In this document: positions 12,935-26,143 of the stretch, piece after piece
How positions within the stretch are numbered: position 1 is the stretch's first letter
How the letters are laid out: every line of letters starts with the position of its first letter
Source: Raillietiella orientalis
Taxonomy: Eukaryota
Assembly (NCBI GenBank): GCA_036172245.1
Contig: JAYWIR010000022.1
Coordinates: forward strand, 434,001 to 498,000
DNA: 64,000 nucleotides
Direction: 5' to 3'
Program-made: the position numbers and the translations under genes
The notes under the pieces: model-generated
Database searches by the model: none
Seen by the model: only the letters and a program-made list of their open reading frames with translations
What the model was told of the DNA's origin: nothing

Positions 12935-15900
12935 GGTCGCTTGCCGCCATCCGGGTCTACAGCAGCGTCCCACCGTACCGGAACAGGGGGGAGGCCGCCT
13001 TGCTGGAGTGCGACTTCGACCTTGGGAACGACACCCTCTACTCCCTCAAGTGGTACCGGGACGACCAGGAGTTCTACAGGTTCGTCCCGAAGGAGGCACA
13101 GCACGTGCAGCACTTCAAGGTCCCCGGCGTGGACGTCGACGTGAGTGGCGCAACGGCGGCGCAGGGCGCGGCTCCGTAGCAGTTCGTGACTCCACCCTGA
13201 AGCACCGCTGCCGCCTGACTCTCGCCTCAGGGGCTCCTCCGATGGGCGCAGATCGCCCCGAGACCATGTGGACAAAGGATGTCCTCCTGCAGGAAACATC
13301 CTGTTGCCGTTGGCTCGGAGATGGAGGAGGAAGAGGAGGGGCAAGAAGCAGGAGCAGCACGTGCGAAGGGGACGCAGCAGGGAAGGAGGAAGGGAAAGGA
13401 TGGTGGGGAGAGGAGCGGCAGCCCTGACCACGTGATCCTTCCCACTCCCTTCCTTCATTCCGAATCCCAAACGGATAACGAAGGCAGCTACTGGCGAACG
13501 AGATCCCTGCCATACGCCTGATGACGTTCCTGTCCTCCCTCCTTTGCCTCCCGGTCGCTTCTGGGAACTTTCCTTCCATCTTGTGGGATTCCGGTGTCCC
13601 GTGGTCGTCTTTTTCGGACCATTCCTGGCGTCCTTAGCCTCGCGAGACGGGGACAAGGTCCGGACCGATTCTTTACCTCCAGGGTTCCCTTCCTCTCGAT
13701 GTCCCTACTGGTGGTCCCGATGGGATAGTCCCGCAACTCTTCAAGATAGGGGTCGCCCAGGGAGGAGACTGCTCTATGAATCCAGGAAGGGCTCCGGAGG
13801 AAGGAGTTCGTTCCTCTCTCACTCTTGGGGGGGAACCCCGAAGGAAAAAGCCCCTCTTCCTTATTATCTCCGGAGGGATCGGTCCCTCTGAGAGGTCACC
13901 TTTCATTTCTTCTCCGGAGGGACCCTCTGGAAAGGATCCGCTCCTTGTGAACCCCCTGAGGACAGTCCCGAAGGGGCACTTTCCGATTTCTCTGAAGGGT
14001 CGCTCTTTTTACACTCTGGAGAAGCAACCCCCGAAAGATGCGTATCAACCAGCTCCAGGGGTCGCGATGAATGGCTCTGCCTTCACAACTGGAGGGTGGA
14101 ACCCCTTGTGATTGCTGGATGTTTCCCGGAGCAGCTCCGGCCAGTCAACGGGGACATCCGGCTTCCACTAGTGCCGCACTCAAAGTCTACAGGGAAACCA
14201 GCGTCATTCAGCGGGGGACTTCAAACCCATGACGCGCCCCCCTCCCATTTCTCGGCGTCGATCTTTCCTTGGGCGGGATTCGAACCCGTGACGCTTGGCG
14301 CCACGTGCGGAGACCGCGGCCTCACGGTCCCCGACGCGCCTCTCGCTGGCCCTTTTCTCTGAGGGACAGGCAAAGTGGGACATCTTCCTCCCTCCAGAAA
14401 GGTAGCTTCTTCTGGGCATTTCTACGGAGGTACAGGGGGTCGCGTCTTCCTCACTGGGATTGCCAGCTTCCTTCCCACTCCCTCTCCTCCCACTCGTCCT
14501 CCGCCATCTCCGGCCTATCCGGCCGCGTGCCGTGGGGGCCACAAGGAGGATTAAGGGTGGTGCGAGAGAGGATGGGGCAGGGATCCGCTTCCGAACACCC
14601 CCTTCTCCTTGCACTTCCTTCCGTCTCCTCCTCCCTGGGAACCTCCGGAAGCGTTGCCGAGGCTGGAGGCGAGTCCGTATCAGACCCTCCGTGCCCTCCC
14701 TTCGCCTGATCGTTCACTTTTCTCTTGATCGGTCCTTCCATCTGCTCCTCTCTCTACCCCTCATTCGGGCGCATTGGGAGGACGGGGAGTCTCTATCCTG
14801 GGAAGGACTTCCCAGGACGGAGACCTCGCCCTTTCCCGTCTCCTTCCAGAGGGACGGCTCCCTTCCTTCTCATTCTGCCCCCATGCTATTCTCTCCCGGG
14901 ATTTTGGCCGTGCGAGGGTGTCTTCCTTGATCCCTCTCCCTCTCCCATCTCCCTTCCACCTCTCCATCGGGGGATTCCGACTCCGCGTTCCCATAGAGGC
15001 CACCCTATCAAGGGGAGGACTTCCGGCTGAGCCATACATATCACCCTACTGGTCGGGGAGGGCATACGGTCATGACGTGGCACCGGGCACTCCCTGCACA
15101 CTGCTTCACGTCCCGTCCCGTGTCCTTGCCCCCCCCCTTCCCACACCACCACCATCCGCCGCCTCTTTTCACCTTTTTCCGCTGCCGTCTCTCTACTACG
15201 CCTCGCGACCACTTTCTTCCTCTCCCTCACCCCTGCCGCCTGGTCCAGCTGCATCTCCGCATTTTCGTTGGCGTTTCTCGTGCTCCCCCTCGCTGCCTCT
15301 GCGGAACAGATTCTGCCTGCCTCCAGCATCGGGCCTTCCCTCTTCTCCACAGACTCATCGCACCTCTCCTGCAGCTGTGCCACCCCCGGCCGGCCAACGA
15401 ACCGCAGAGGGAGCCTCCCTTCTCTCAGCCGGTCGCGTCAAGGACCCCTAGGAAAGCAGGAAGAGCCGCTAGGCCTCTGTGGAAGGGAACAATGTGAGGT
15501 TGCTGCCTCCTTGCCAGTCCTCCGAGGCTAGAGATCCCCCTTCTCCCCCTGGCTCTGGACCGCCGATTCGTCCAGGCGCCTCGGGACACGCCTGACCCCC
15601 TTTCTCCCCACCTGTTACCCTGGTCGAAGCGAGGAGATAGCTTTGCCGAGGAGACCCTGGCGAGCTCTTTGCTCCGGCAGAGGTGACCGCGGGTCACACC
15701 GCGTCAGCTGCCTCTCTCACGGCACTCACTAGCCAGGAGGAGTGTCCCGACCCACCTCTTTCTGCTCCCGCGAGCGCCGTCTCTGAGCGTCTCTCGCAGC
15801 CACCATCCCACAAGGACGATGGCCTGTCGGAATTCCCTCTCTTCTTCCCCCTCCTCTCTTCCCCCACGTCTCACTCGCTCCCGCTGCCTCGGATGCCGAT

Positions 15901-18900
15901 CCCTGCAACGCTCTTCGCCCTGCGAGCCGCCGACCTCCTGGCCGCCTACCTCCGCAATCAAGACTGATGCCTGCGTTGACGACCATGTGGCCACGGCCTC
16001 TGTCAACGTGTCACGAAGCGTCGCGGGTTCAAATTCCTCCAGGGGAAGGATTGACAGCCAGAGAAATGGGTGCATCGTGGGTTCGAGTCCCCCCCCCGCA
16101 AGATGACACTGGTTGGCCCACAATCGGGAGAGGCACTGTTAGAAGCTGGTAAAAACCGTATGCCCCCGATGAGTGGCTGGGACAAGGGGAGTCACCCTCC
16201 GGGTCCTTCCAGGAAACTGAATCAAGGAGTCCGGTTCCCTTCCGGGTTTCCCTCCGGTTGGGCAAAGGAGCTGTACTCTCTCCACTCTTGGAGTGGAACC
16301 CCTTCATTGAACACCGTGGAGCTGGTGGATTGATGCTGCCTCTCCAGAGGCCATACTGCTTCCTTCGGGGAGCGCCCTTCAGGGAGAACTCGGAAAGCGT
16401 CCCTACGGGGTTCCCCCCTAAGAATAGGAAGAAGAAGGAGCAGATGCTTTCCGGAGTATCCTTCGGGAGAGAAAAAGAAAGAAGAGGTTCCTTCGGGGTT
16501 CTCTCCCGAGTGCGAGAGGAACGGACTCTTTCCTCCGGAGCCCTTCCTGGATTCATAGGACTGGTACACCATAACTCGAAGTATGGTGACCTGGTGGTGG
16601 ATCCGGGCCCAACTCTCGCCTGCTCGTCGGCTCAGATTCCTCCTCGAAGGGCAGACGCTCCCGCGTAGCATCCCAGGACAGAGAACGGCAGTCGGCTTCC
16701 CTCCAGGGGTCGGCTGCTCCCACAGCGGACGGGAAGGCGAGGAGCGAGGGGAGGGCGGGATCCGTGGGTTACGTCGGTTCCCGGGATCAAGTAGGCAGGC
16801 GAGAGAGGGAAAACCCTCCATCCAGAAGGCGGCGTTTCGTTTGACCTTCCCTGGCATCCCACGTCTCCCAGGAGGATGACCCGTCGAGGTTGGCCTCACG
16901 CCTCCTGGCGTGCTGCCGCGCTGACCCCCGAGAGGGACTGGAGATCGCGCACCCCTCCTCTCCCCCTAGGGGTATACCCTCCGGGTCCAACTTCTCCCTT
17001 CTCGTTCCGCCGCCGCTCCCGACTGCACCCTCCGGAGTCTCGCGTGACCGGGAAGGACGCGTGACCGACGGCCTCCCTCGAATCTGCGAGGTGCCGCACG
17101 CAGCAGCAGCACCTGAGCGCTCGCACCTGGGAGCCACACCTCTGCCGACGCGCACGTGTGCAGGCACGCGAGCGTTCGTGCACCCTCGTTCCGAGGTATC
17201 GCCTGCGAGGATCGGGCGACGAGCGTAGCACGGGAACGATCGCCAAGTTTGTGAGCGCCCGAAATGTTTTAGATCCCAAGGTCCAGCCCCAAGATGCTGT
17301 TTCTGAGCAATCTCTCCTTGGAAAGCACGGGGAACTACAAATGTGAGGTTTCTGGAGAGGCTCCGTCTTTCTTCACGACCGCCTACGTGTCGTCCATGAC
17401 AGTCGTAGGTAGGACTACTCTTCTCCCTTCGCACCGCTGCCGCCTCCACCGTGGCAGCAGCTCTTCGGCGCGATCGACTGCAGACGCGAACTGCTGCCAT
17501 CCGCTCCGCTTGGATTCATTTTGTGGCCGTGCAGGCGTGAGCTTTCCGCTTTGCTCCGCGCCTCATCTCTAGGACACGCTTCCGCTCCAGGTGCGAAACG
17601 CGGATGGAGTAAGGGTAAGCCGACGCTTCCCTTCGACTCTTCCCAACCGTGCGGGGATGGAAGGAGGACTCCCTTGCCGCAGGACCATTCGCATAGGACC
17701 GGAGTTGGACCTCCACAGGGAGGGTCTTTTCCTTCGATGTCGCTCGCGGCGTTCCCGCTCGATTGAAAGTCCTTCGCTCCCGCCTGACCGGATCGGAGGA
17801 GCGCTTTCCTTGGCTGTCCTTGGGGTCAGCGATCGCTTGTCTGCCGAAGCAACCAGCGCGCCCCGCAAGCCGGAAGTGCGGATTCGTCTCGTGCGGGCAG
17901 GGGGAAAATCGATCCAGCATCACTTCCCGAGATGAGCGAAAGGGATGGCGCTTGCTTGCCCTGCGGGAACGAGGCCAGCTTGGCGCCATTGCCTTCGACC
18001 CATCCTCCGCAGGGACACCCGCTATAACGGAGGATGCCGCTGCCGCATCCGAAAAATCCGACGAGCGGCAGACCCGCCCGAGAAGCGACGCGTTTTTTTT
18101 ATCCTACGCCACCGGCGACCCCGGGTTTCCCATTGACCTGCAGAGGCGGCATCTTGCAGGGCTTTCCAGGCTTCTCCCTGTAAAAGGCCACCTGGAGTGG
18201 GGGTGGGGCGGCGGAATAATACCCCACCTCCACTCCTTGCCCACGGTAATTTGCTCTTCCGGAGGATTGAGGTCAGAGTCTCGTTCTTGCAGCGTCAGCC
18301 TTCCAGCAAATCCGCGGAACTTCATCCCTCTCTTGCAGCGCCCGGACAGACCCCTCCCCTCTTTGGATCTTCCCGGGGGGGAAGAGGGGGTTCAAAGAGG
18401 AAAGGGAAGGAAGGCGCAGCAGAGGTTTCACTGGCTGCTTCTTCACGCAACGTGATTTACTGGGCGATTCGATTCTGTGCCCAGCCGGTGGACCGGCTGG
18501 GCACAGAATTTTTTCGAGGCTTTCGTGCCAGCCGGCACGAAAGCCTCGAGTCCGCCGCCTGTGGAGACCCCCTCCGGCGTCGCTCCGGAACCGTTCTGCC
18601 GGAAGAGTCAACTCTGGTCTTTCTCTTCCTCGATAGCATCGCCGGCGGGGGAGCGGGGTGCTTGCAGGTGGTGCCGGTGGGCATCTTGAGGGAGCGTACG
18701 CGCTGGCGCCACTTCGAGACGCTCTCCGGAGCATGGAAGCGCGGGCGGCAACGCGCTCGTGGTCGCCGACCTCTCGCGGCCGGGAGCATCCGCGCCCCGG
18801 AAGGGCAAAGAGCCTTTCTCGGAGCGATGGGAGTCTCCTTTAGGAGGGGGGAAAGCCTCCGTCGAGGCACGAGCGCCCCGCCTCCGACCTCCACCCACGC

Positions 18901-20273
18901 AGTCCCGACCGGGGCTCAGTGAGGGACGCAAGGGTGAGCACCGCACGCTGGATTCTCCGCGCTATCGGGAAGCGGCGCCGCAGTCGACTGAGCCCTCAGT
19001 GCCCCGTGCGATCTGCCATCTCACCCGGAGCGGACCGAGAGGAGGAGGAGAGAGGGCTGCTCTTCCGGCTCTGCACCGCCTGCCCTTGCGGACGAGTCAT
19101 GCCCCAGGGAAACTCTCTCTCCGACCCGAGGCGCTTCCCGGGGACGCGCAGGCGAGCCTTTGTCGATGCCTGCCTGTGCCTCCGTGAGTCGATACCTTCC
19201 TCCCGGATTCCCAGAACTCCTGGATTCTAGCCTCCTGGTCCTTCATCGAAGAGAAGGTGCCCGATGGAAGCCCCTGGGAAGCCGACGCAGAACCACTGGA
19301 AACGATCGACAACGGCTGCGGCGCGAAGACTCGAAGAAGGGTCCGCGAGTTCCCTCCTCCTTCTCTCCATTCCCCTCTGCCGGACTCCGGCTTGGGTATT
19401 TCCTGCCAAGGGAAAAGGCGTTCCCTGCCGGCCTCCTCCCGCTCCCAGCCGGTGGTGGCTACCTCTTGGGTCGCGTGGAGAAGGGCGAAGGACGCGGCGG
19501 CGCACCGGAGACGTCCCGGTGGCAGCTACGGGGGCAAAGTCTTCCTCCCTCTCTTCCTCCTGCCCTACCCTTCTCCTTCCAGACTCTCCAAACAAACCTC
19601 CACGCATCAGCGGGCTCCGAGCCACCTACAAAGTAGGGGATTCTCTGATCGCCAACTGCACGCCCTCCATGTCGTGGCCCGCAGCCAGGGTGACCTGGTT
19701 CGTCAACGACCAGCAGGTAGCGGTGGTACCACACCCGAGCGCGCAGGCCGGAGGCGGGATGGGGGTGGGGGAAGAGTCACGGCGCCTTCCCTCCTCGTTT
19801 GCGCCAACTTGCAGGTGCCGAGCTCCTCGCTGCAGTTCTACCCGGACGAGATGAGCGACGACGGGTTAGCGAGCGTCACCGTGGGGCTGCAGCTCCGCGT
19901 CTCCGAGGGCCACTTCCTCGACGGCCGCATGAAACTCACTTGTCGCGCAATGGTCGCGGTCCACGTGCTGAAGGACTTGCAGAAGAACTTGACCCAGGAC
20001 CTACGCGAGTCGTCCACGGTTGTGCAGAGCCGAGCGACGGAGATCGAAAGTGAGCTTCATGGGCCTGGGTTCCCGGGAAAGGTCTTCTGCCGCCGCCGCC
20101 TCTGCTGCTGCGGTGGCGGCGGCGACGACGAGAGAGGGGCGCCGAGGAGCGGGAAGATGGAGCTCTCCTCCTTCACGTCTGACCTTCCAGTCTACAGCTC
20201 GTGCCTGCCCGCCTCCGCGTCATCCACAGTCCTTTGCCTTCTGGTCTCCGTTCTGCTCCTGCTCTTCGCCTAG
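12935..20273 (+). CDS. Beaten-path (Beat)-family Ig-domain cell-surface protein, 5'-partial. Exons 12935-13140, 17273-17408, 19583-19716, 19815-20049, 20191-20273
   Basis: GT-AG bounded, phase-compatible exons translate to LLECDFDLGNDTLYSLKWYRDDQEFYRFVP, LESTGNYKCEVSGEAPSF, YKVGDSLIANCTPSMSWPAARVTWFVND and HFLDGRMKLTCRA, then a hydrophobic tail (VLCLLVSVLLLLFA*). These match the V-type plus C2-type Ig motifs of arthropod Beat proteins. The signal-peptide exon was not located. Confidence 0.88.
13774..14335 (-). mobile_element. SINE-like repeat, copy 1, with a tRNA-like head carrying two B-box-like motifs
   Basis: Reverse-complement homologue of 15978-16558 (ctatgaatccaggaagggctccggagga is shared exactly). 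The minus strand reads gggttcgaatccc and gggtttgaagtccc. Confidence 0.6.
15978..16558 (+). mobile_element. SINE-like repeat, copy 2, inverted relative to copy 1
   Basis: The head has gggttcaaattcc (about 16025) and gggttcgagtccc (about 16079), resembling Pol III B-boxes. The body is colinear with the reverse complement of 13774-14335. Confidence 0.6.
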
Positions 20274-20511
20274 GAGGGTGACGGTGAACGTAACCAAGGG
20301 GTGCCTTTCTTGCTGGACGTCCTCATCCTGGGAGTGCCTCCCCGCTTCCTCTGTTTCTCTGGAGTTTCCCATCTCCCATGGCGTGGAATAAAAGAATGGG
20401 ATGGGCTTTCTCCTCTTCTTCGTCTTCTTTCTCCCTCTTCTTGCTCCTGATTCGCGCGGTTCTTGGGGATATTGGTCCCCAGTTCCTAGGAGGATGTCTC
20501 TAGCCAGAAGC

Positions 20512-20671
20512 CGACGGGCTGGAGAGCGCCACCGTGGGACTGCAGTTCCGCGTCTCCGAGGCAACTTCCTGGACGACCGCATGAAGCTCACGTGTCGCGC
20601 ACTGGTCGTGGTCCACGTGCTGAGGGACTTGCAGGAGAGATTCACCCAGGACCCACGCGAGTCGTCCACGG
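20512..20671 (+). pseudogene. Frameshifted duplicate of the Beat exon at 19815-20049
   Basis: Aligns by eye to about 19860-20020 (FLDDRMKLTCRALVVVHVLRDLQERFTQDPRESST vs FLDGRMKLTCRAMVAVHVLKDLQKNLTQDLRESST). There is a 1-bp deletion at gtctccgag-gcaac vs gtctccgagggccac. It lies downstream of the stop codon. Confidence 0.8.
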
Positions 20672-23177
20672 AACACGAGTCCTTCCGGAGGCCTTGAGGA
20701 ACGAGCGACCTTCTCTCGGCGGTGTCGGTCGTCGGAGACCGTGGACCACGGTCCATATTGATGACCGATGCCAAGACGCTGGACTCGCAGACGAGGAACC
20801 CTCCTCGCTCTCCTTCCAGCACGACCTCGCTCGTAGGGTGGGAGCAGCGCCTGGCTAGCCGAAGCGTGGACGCTCAGCAGCACTCGATCTCTCCCGACCT
20901 CCCGGGATCGTTTCCTTCCTCCGCTGGAGACACCACCCCGGCGTGCAGGCAGAAGCGTTGATCGTCTTAGACTGTCCATTGCAGATTCCGTGATCTTCCG
21001 CGCCGGAAACCAAGGAGGCTGATTTTTCTTTCTTCCTTCCCTCGCCTAGAATGAAGGAGGGTCATCAGAAGGAAAAATTCGGCAAAGGAAGAGCAAAGTC
21101 ACGTCACGAGGTACATAACCTTGGATGGGCAGTGGTGGTCTCCGATTCTGTCGACCAGACACCCACATTGTGTTCCTCAGCTCTCTGTGATCCTCTCCTT
21201 TGTGTTCTGGACCAGACAAAAGAGCCACCACAATCTCTGCCGCCCTCGATTTGACTGGCAACCACTCATCGGCCTCCCTTGCCACTCAGGATCGAAAACG
21301 TGGGAAGTGAGGTCAAAAGCGTTCCCAGACTCCAGCAAAGCAGGCGAGGAAGCGGCGGGAGACGAATCAAGAGAGGGAAGGAACCTTGGAAGTTCCGCAG
21401 CTTCGCATTCTTTTTGCCTAGCGGCACGGAGCCATCCTCGTGAAAGAGAGCTTACCTCGTCGAAGAGACGCTCAATGTGATGGCGTGATGCCAGTATCTC
21501 TACTGGAGCAGGGAACCCGAACGAAATTCCGGAAAATCTTCGGGAAAGCACGTGGTCAGAAGTTGCGAACTTGCGGACGCTGGGACCACGGAGCAGGGGA
21601 AGCAGAACCTCTACACTGAAGGAGCATTCAGAATCCTAAGTTGTTCTAGGCGGTGACGCCTACTGTGTCCATTCTTTTCTATAGAAGAGTGGTTAATTCT
21701 TTGCAGTTTGATATTGTCGATCCAGTCGATAAGATACCTTCCGTTTCCATTCGTTCCATCGTGCAATGCTCATTTCCAAGTGTTCTGTTAGGCAATTGGC
21801 GCAATTGTTCCTCCAGCTGCCTGATGGTCTGCTGGAAGCCCAGCAGACCATCAAGCATCATCTCACCCTGCAAGAGGCGCAACCTTTCCTCGTGTTCCTG
21901 TTGCTTCCGTTCGGCTTGCTCGCGTGGCATTTCTCACTGAAGAGAAACTTCGCTCTCGCTTCCAGGAACTTTCTGTATTTGCAAGAATGTCCTTGGCTCC
22001 TAACAGTTGCCACTCTTGGTCGTCTAAGCAAAACGCCCGCAAATGGATGTTGGTATCTTCGTCACTGCATAGCGTCACTTCGCACTGAAGAGCTACTAAA
22101 GAAATTCCAGCAACACCGTGGAGACGGAGGCAATCTTTTCAATGATACTAGAAGGTTTTGCTTGCATACAAGAGCAACGAAGAGTCATACCGTACAGGGA
22201 AGAAATCCAGGTCATAATGTCCCTTCTACTGTTTGAAAAAAATTTTTTCAAGTTCCAGCAGAAATGCAATTACGCCGACTAGTTTTTTTCCTAAACGGAA
22301 TTCCCATCTCATATGCTATCAAACTCGGTCTCCAGCCTTCTTTTCAGTCGAAGAGGAACATTTCGTTGCTGCAGATGAATTCATTTGGAAGAAATTAACC
22401 TTGAAAGTTAGCAGCAAATAGGGAAATATACCAGAAACAACCTCAAACAAAGTTCAATCATCATTTTCATGAGTTGTCATTGTAACAGGGATCCTGCATA
22501 CTTATTCATATCATCAAAGCGGTTGACACTAATATTTTACGGACTGCTTCTTACTCCAGCGCTTCGCCTTTATAAGCTTATTGATCTATCGAAAAATAAA
22601 TAGCAATTCCTGTTACACTATGTATGACACTCGATCGATGGCTTCGAATAAACTGCAGAGCTTATTGCTTCTGAAGAGTTGCGGTTCTTGCTTTCCTCTT
22701 TCAACCATGTTAATAAGTTTCTCACTTTGCTAAAATATTTTACATTCCTCCCAAGCACCAAAGAATTTAAAATATGAAACAGCCAAGCAAGGTTTCCTTT
22801 TCTCCTGAGTGAATCTGTCCAAGAAATCTTCCAAAGTTTCTACGTGGAAATGGGAAAGCGATCAGGCATATGTGTTTTTTGGGACAAAGGAAAAAAAATA
22901 GTCCTTTGCAGATTTTGTACTCAAAATGATACGCAGTGTCATTATTTTGCAAATAAAGTATATTTTCCTGAGAGATGGATATTTTCATTTTCATTTTTTC
23001 TGCTATTTTCACATGATCAATTTTCATCGTCGTTTATCTTATTGTTCTCGTCTACGAGTTGCTCCAATGATTCTGATGATTTATCAGTGATGAAGCGTTT
23101 CTGTTCAGGAGCTGCAGATGTAATTGGTAGGAGGAGGAAAACTTCAGAAGAGGACTGAAAGGAAACAAAATGGACAC

Positions 23178-23198
23178 GCACACACACACACACACACA
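23178..23198. repeat. (CA)n microsatellite
   Basis: A cacacaca run is directly visible. Confidence 0.9.
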
Positions 23199-24998
23199 TG
23201 CACAAATGTACAAATCAATAGGGCTAGAACGAAATTGACTCGAAGAAAAAACTCAGTTTGAATTCCCAGTGTTTCGGCGAAGTGACACAGCTATAGAAAT
23301 TTTACATTCGAGAAAATAAGCAATCACAAGCAGCTTAAAAGAGGGGGAAAATGCTCTCATTTTTCAGAGAAAAATATGATGGATCCAAAGTCCCTTCACA
23401 CAGGCAGAACAATAATTTCTCCAGTCAGAGTCTTGACCATCGCTCGAAAGCGATCCGAGCATTTCAAGAGGGTTCACTGCTCTTCAATCAGTTCGTACAC
23501 CACCGGCTTGTGGGACTCGGTGAAGTGAGTCCCCATGCAATGGTGCAAAAATCCTACCTTTTTGAACACTCTCATGGAGAACCGGATAAGCACAAAAAGC
23601 ATGGCAGCTTGGACGAACCGATTTATGGAAAAGAATCATGTTGTTATTTATTCCTCTGATTTTTCAAAGCTCCCGCTTCACCTTCTCTAGTTGCATTGAA
23701 ATCAGCTTGGAAAGTGTTCGAAGATCTTTTTAAGTGTTCAGAAAAATAGTACTCCAATACGTTCACGATGTATACATCGTGACCTATTTGGAATGAAGCC
23801 TTCCAGCACGGATTCCCCCGCGAAGGTTAAGCAGCTCCAAGTGCACCCACCGAACCAGAAAAAAAAAAAAAGAAGGAAGAAGAAACGCGAGGGGTGATCT
23901 ATGCTCCCTGGCTAAACATTTCCATCAGCACCAACAAATACAAAAGCCGACCACTCGGGTCAGGAGGAAACGCCAAGTCGTGGAACGGGACACACGATCC
24001 GAAAATTCAGTTTCTTGTGACGAAACCGTGAGGAATTCAGAGAACGCCCGCCGCTGCTGCGAATGTCGGAAAGTGTGGGGTTCACGATTTTGCTGGAAAA
24101 ATAAAACTGGCACATGTATATGTATAAAAAGTCTTGGTAGGCGCCCATTCACTCAGCACACATGCTTTCGTTGCCTCCTGGATCGTGTGCACGAGGACTT
24201 GCGTGTTGTTTTTAACGGGGTGTACAGCGTACGTCAGTTGTAAATACGAAGAATGGAAAAAGGTCTGTGTACCGTCGTTTGAACAATCCGAGTCTTGTAC
24301 CATTTAAAATTTGCATTTGTTTCTGGTACCAGTGATGTAAAGAGGGATAAAAATACCTGAGAGGGGGGGGGGTTGAAACCGAGGGGTAACGAACCCGATT
24401 GTTGGATGCAGCATGCTCCCCCCTGCAGCCGTTTATGCCACTCTGTAAGCAAAAGCATTTCAGTGAAACTTCCGAAAGTATTAAAGGGAAAATCCCGATT
24501 GCTAAGCCCAGCCTGCACCAAATCTGGATAGGAAATGGTCAAAATTGTAATCATGTGACGTTACTCCGTAGCAATCGTTAAAGATTTGATTTTGTGCAAT
24601 CATGCCCTTCACGTTGCTTGGTACATTTCGCAAATATCTCTGCCGTTTTCATCCGCAATTCCGAATTTCAGCATTAAAGGAATCAGTCACATAGTTTTGG
24701 GCGTTCAATTTGTTTACTGTTGAAGTAAATATTCACTTGTTGAATATGAATAACTGTTCACAGGAAGAATGATGATTTAGAAAGCAGTGCAAAAATGTGA
24801 GGAAAGTGCCATTAATTCACTTGTTTTGTCAGATCATGAATACCTTTTAATTGTTGTGTGTTTTGTCTTAACTATTAAATTTCTGAAGAATACGATGTAA
24901 AATTGTAGATTCTGAAGTTTACGATAAAAAATAAGCTATACCTTTCAACAGTAAATGGTATAATATTCTCAAGTTAATGCAGCCATTATAAAGATTAC

Positions 24999-26121
<1,123 letters not shown>

Positions 26122-26143
26122 CAAGTCATGTTCAGCCGTGTTC

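Noticed and set aside
16000..16100. tRNA gene suggested by GGTTCGAGTCC
   Set aside because: No complete cloverleaf; the motif is part of the dispersed SINE-like repeat.
1..21500. Many long overlapping ORFs in the ORF track (up to 401 aa)
   Set aside because: Arg/Pro/Ser/Gly-rich translations in all six frames are expected in high-GC DNA. Only the Beat exons show family motifs with compatible splice sites.
21679..21930. Coiled-coil-like 83-aa ORF (EQAERKQQEHEERLRLLQ)
   Set aside because: Flanked by stops with no recognisable family or exon chain; possibly a gag-like relic but unsupported.
24201..24614. RCGTG hypoxia-response cores upstream of PHD
   Set aside because: Two isolated 5-mers are expected by chance.
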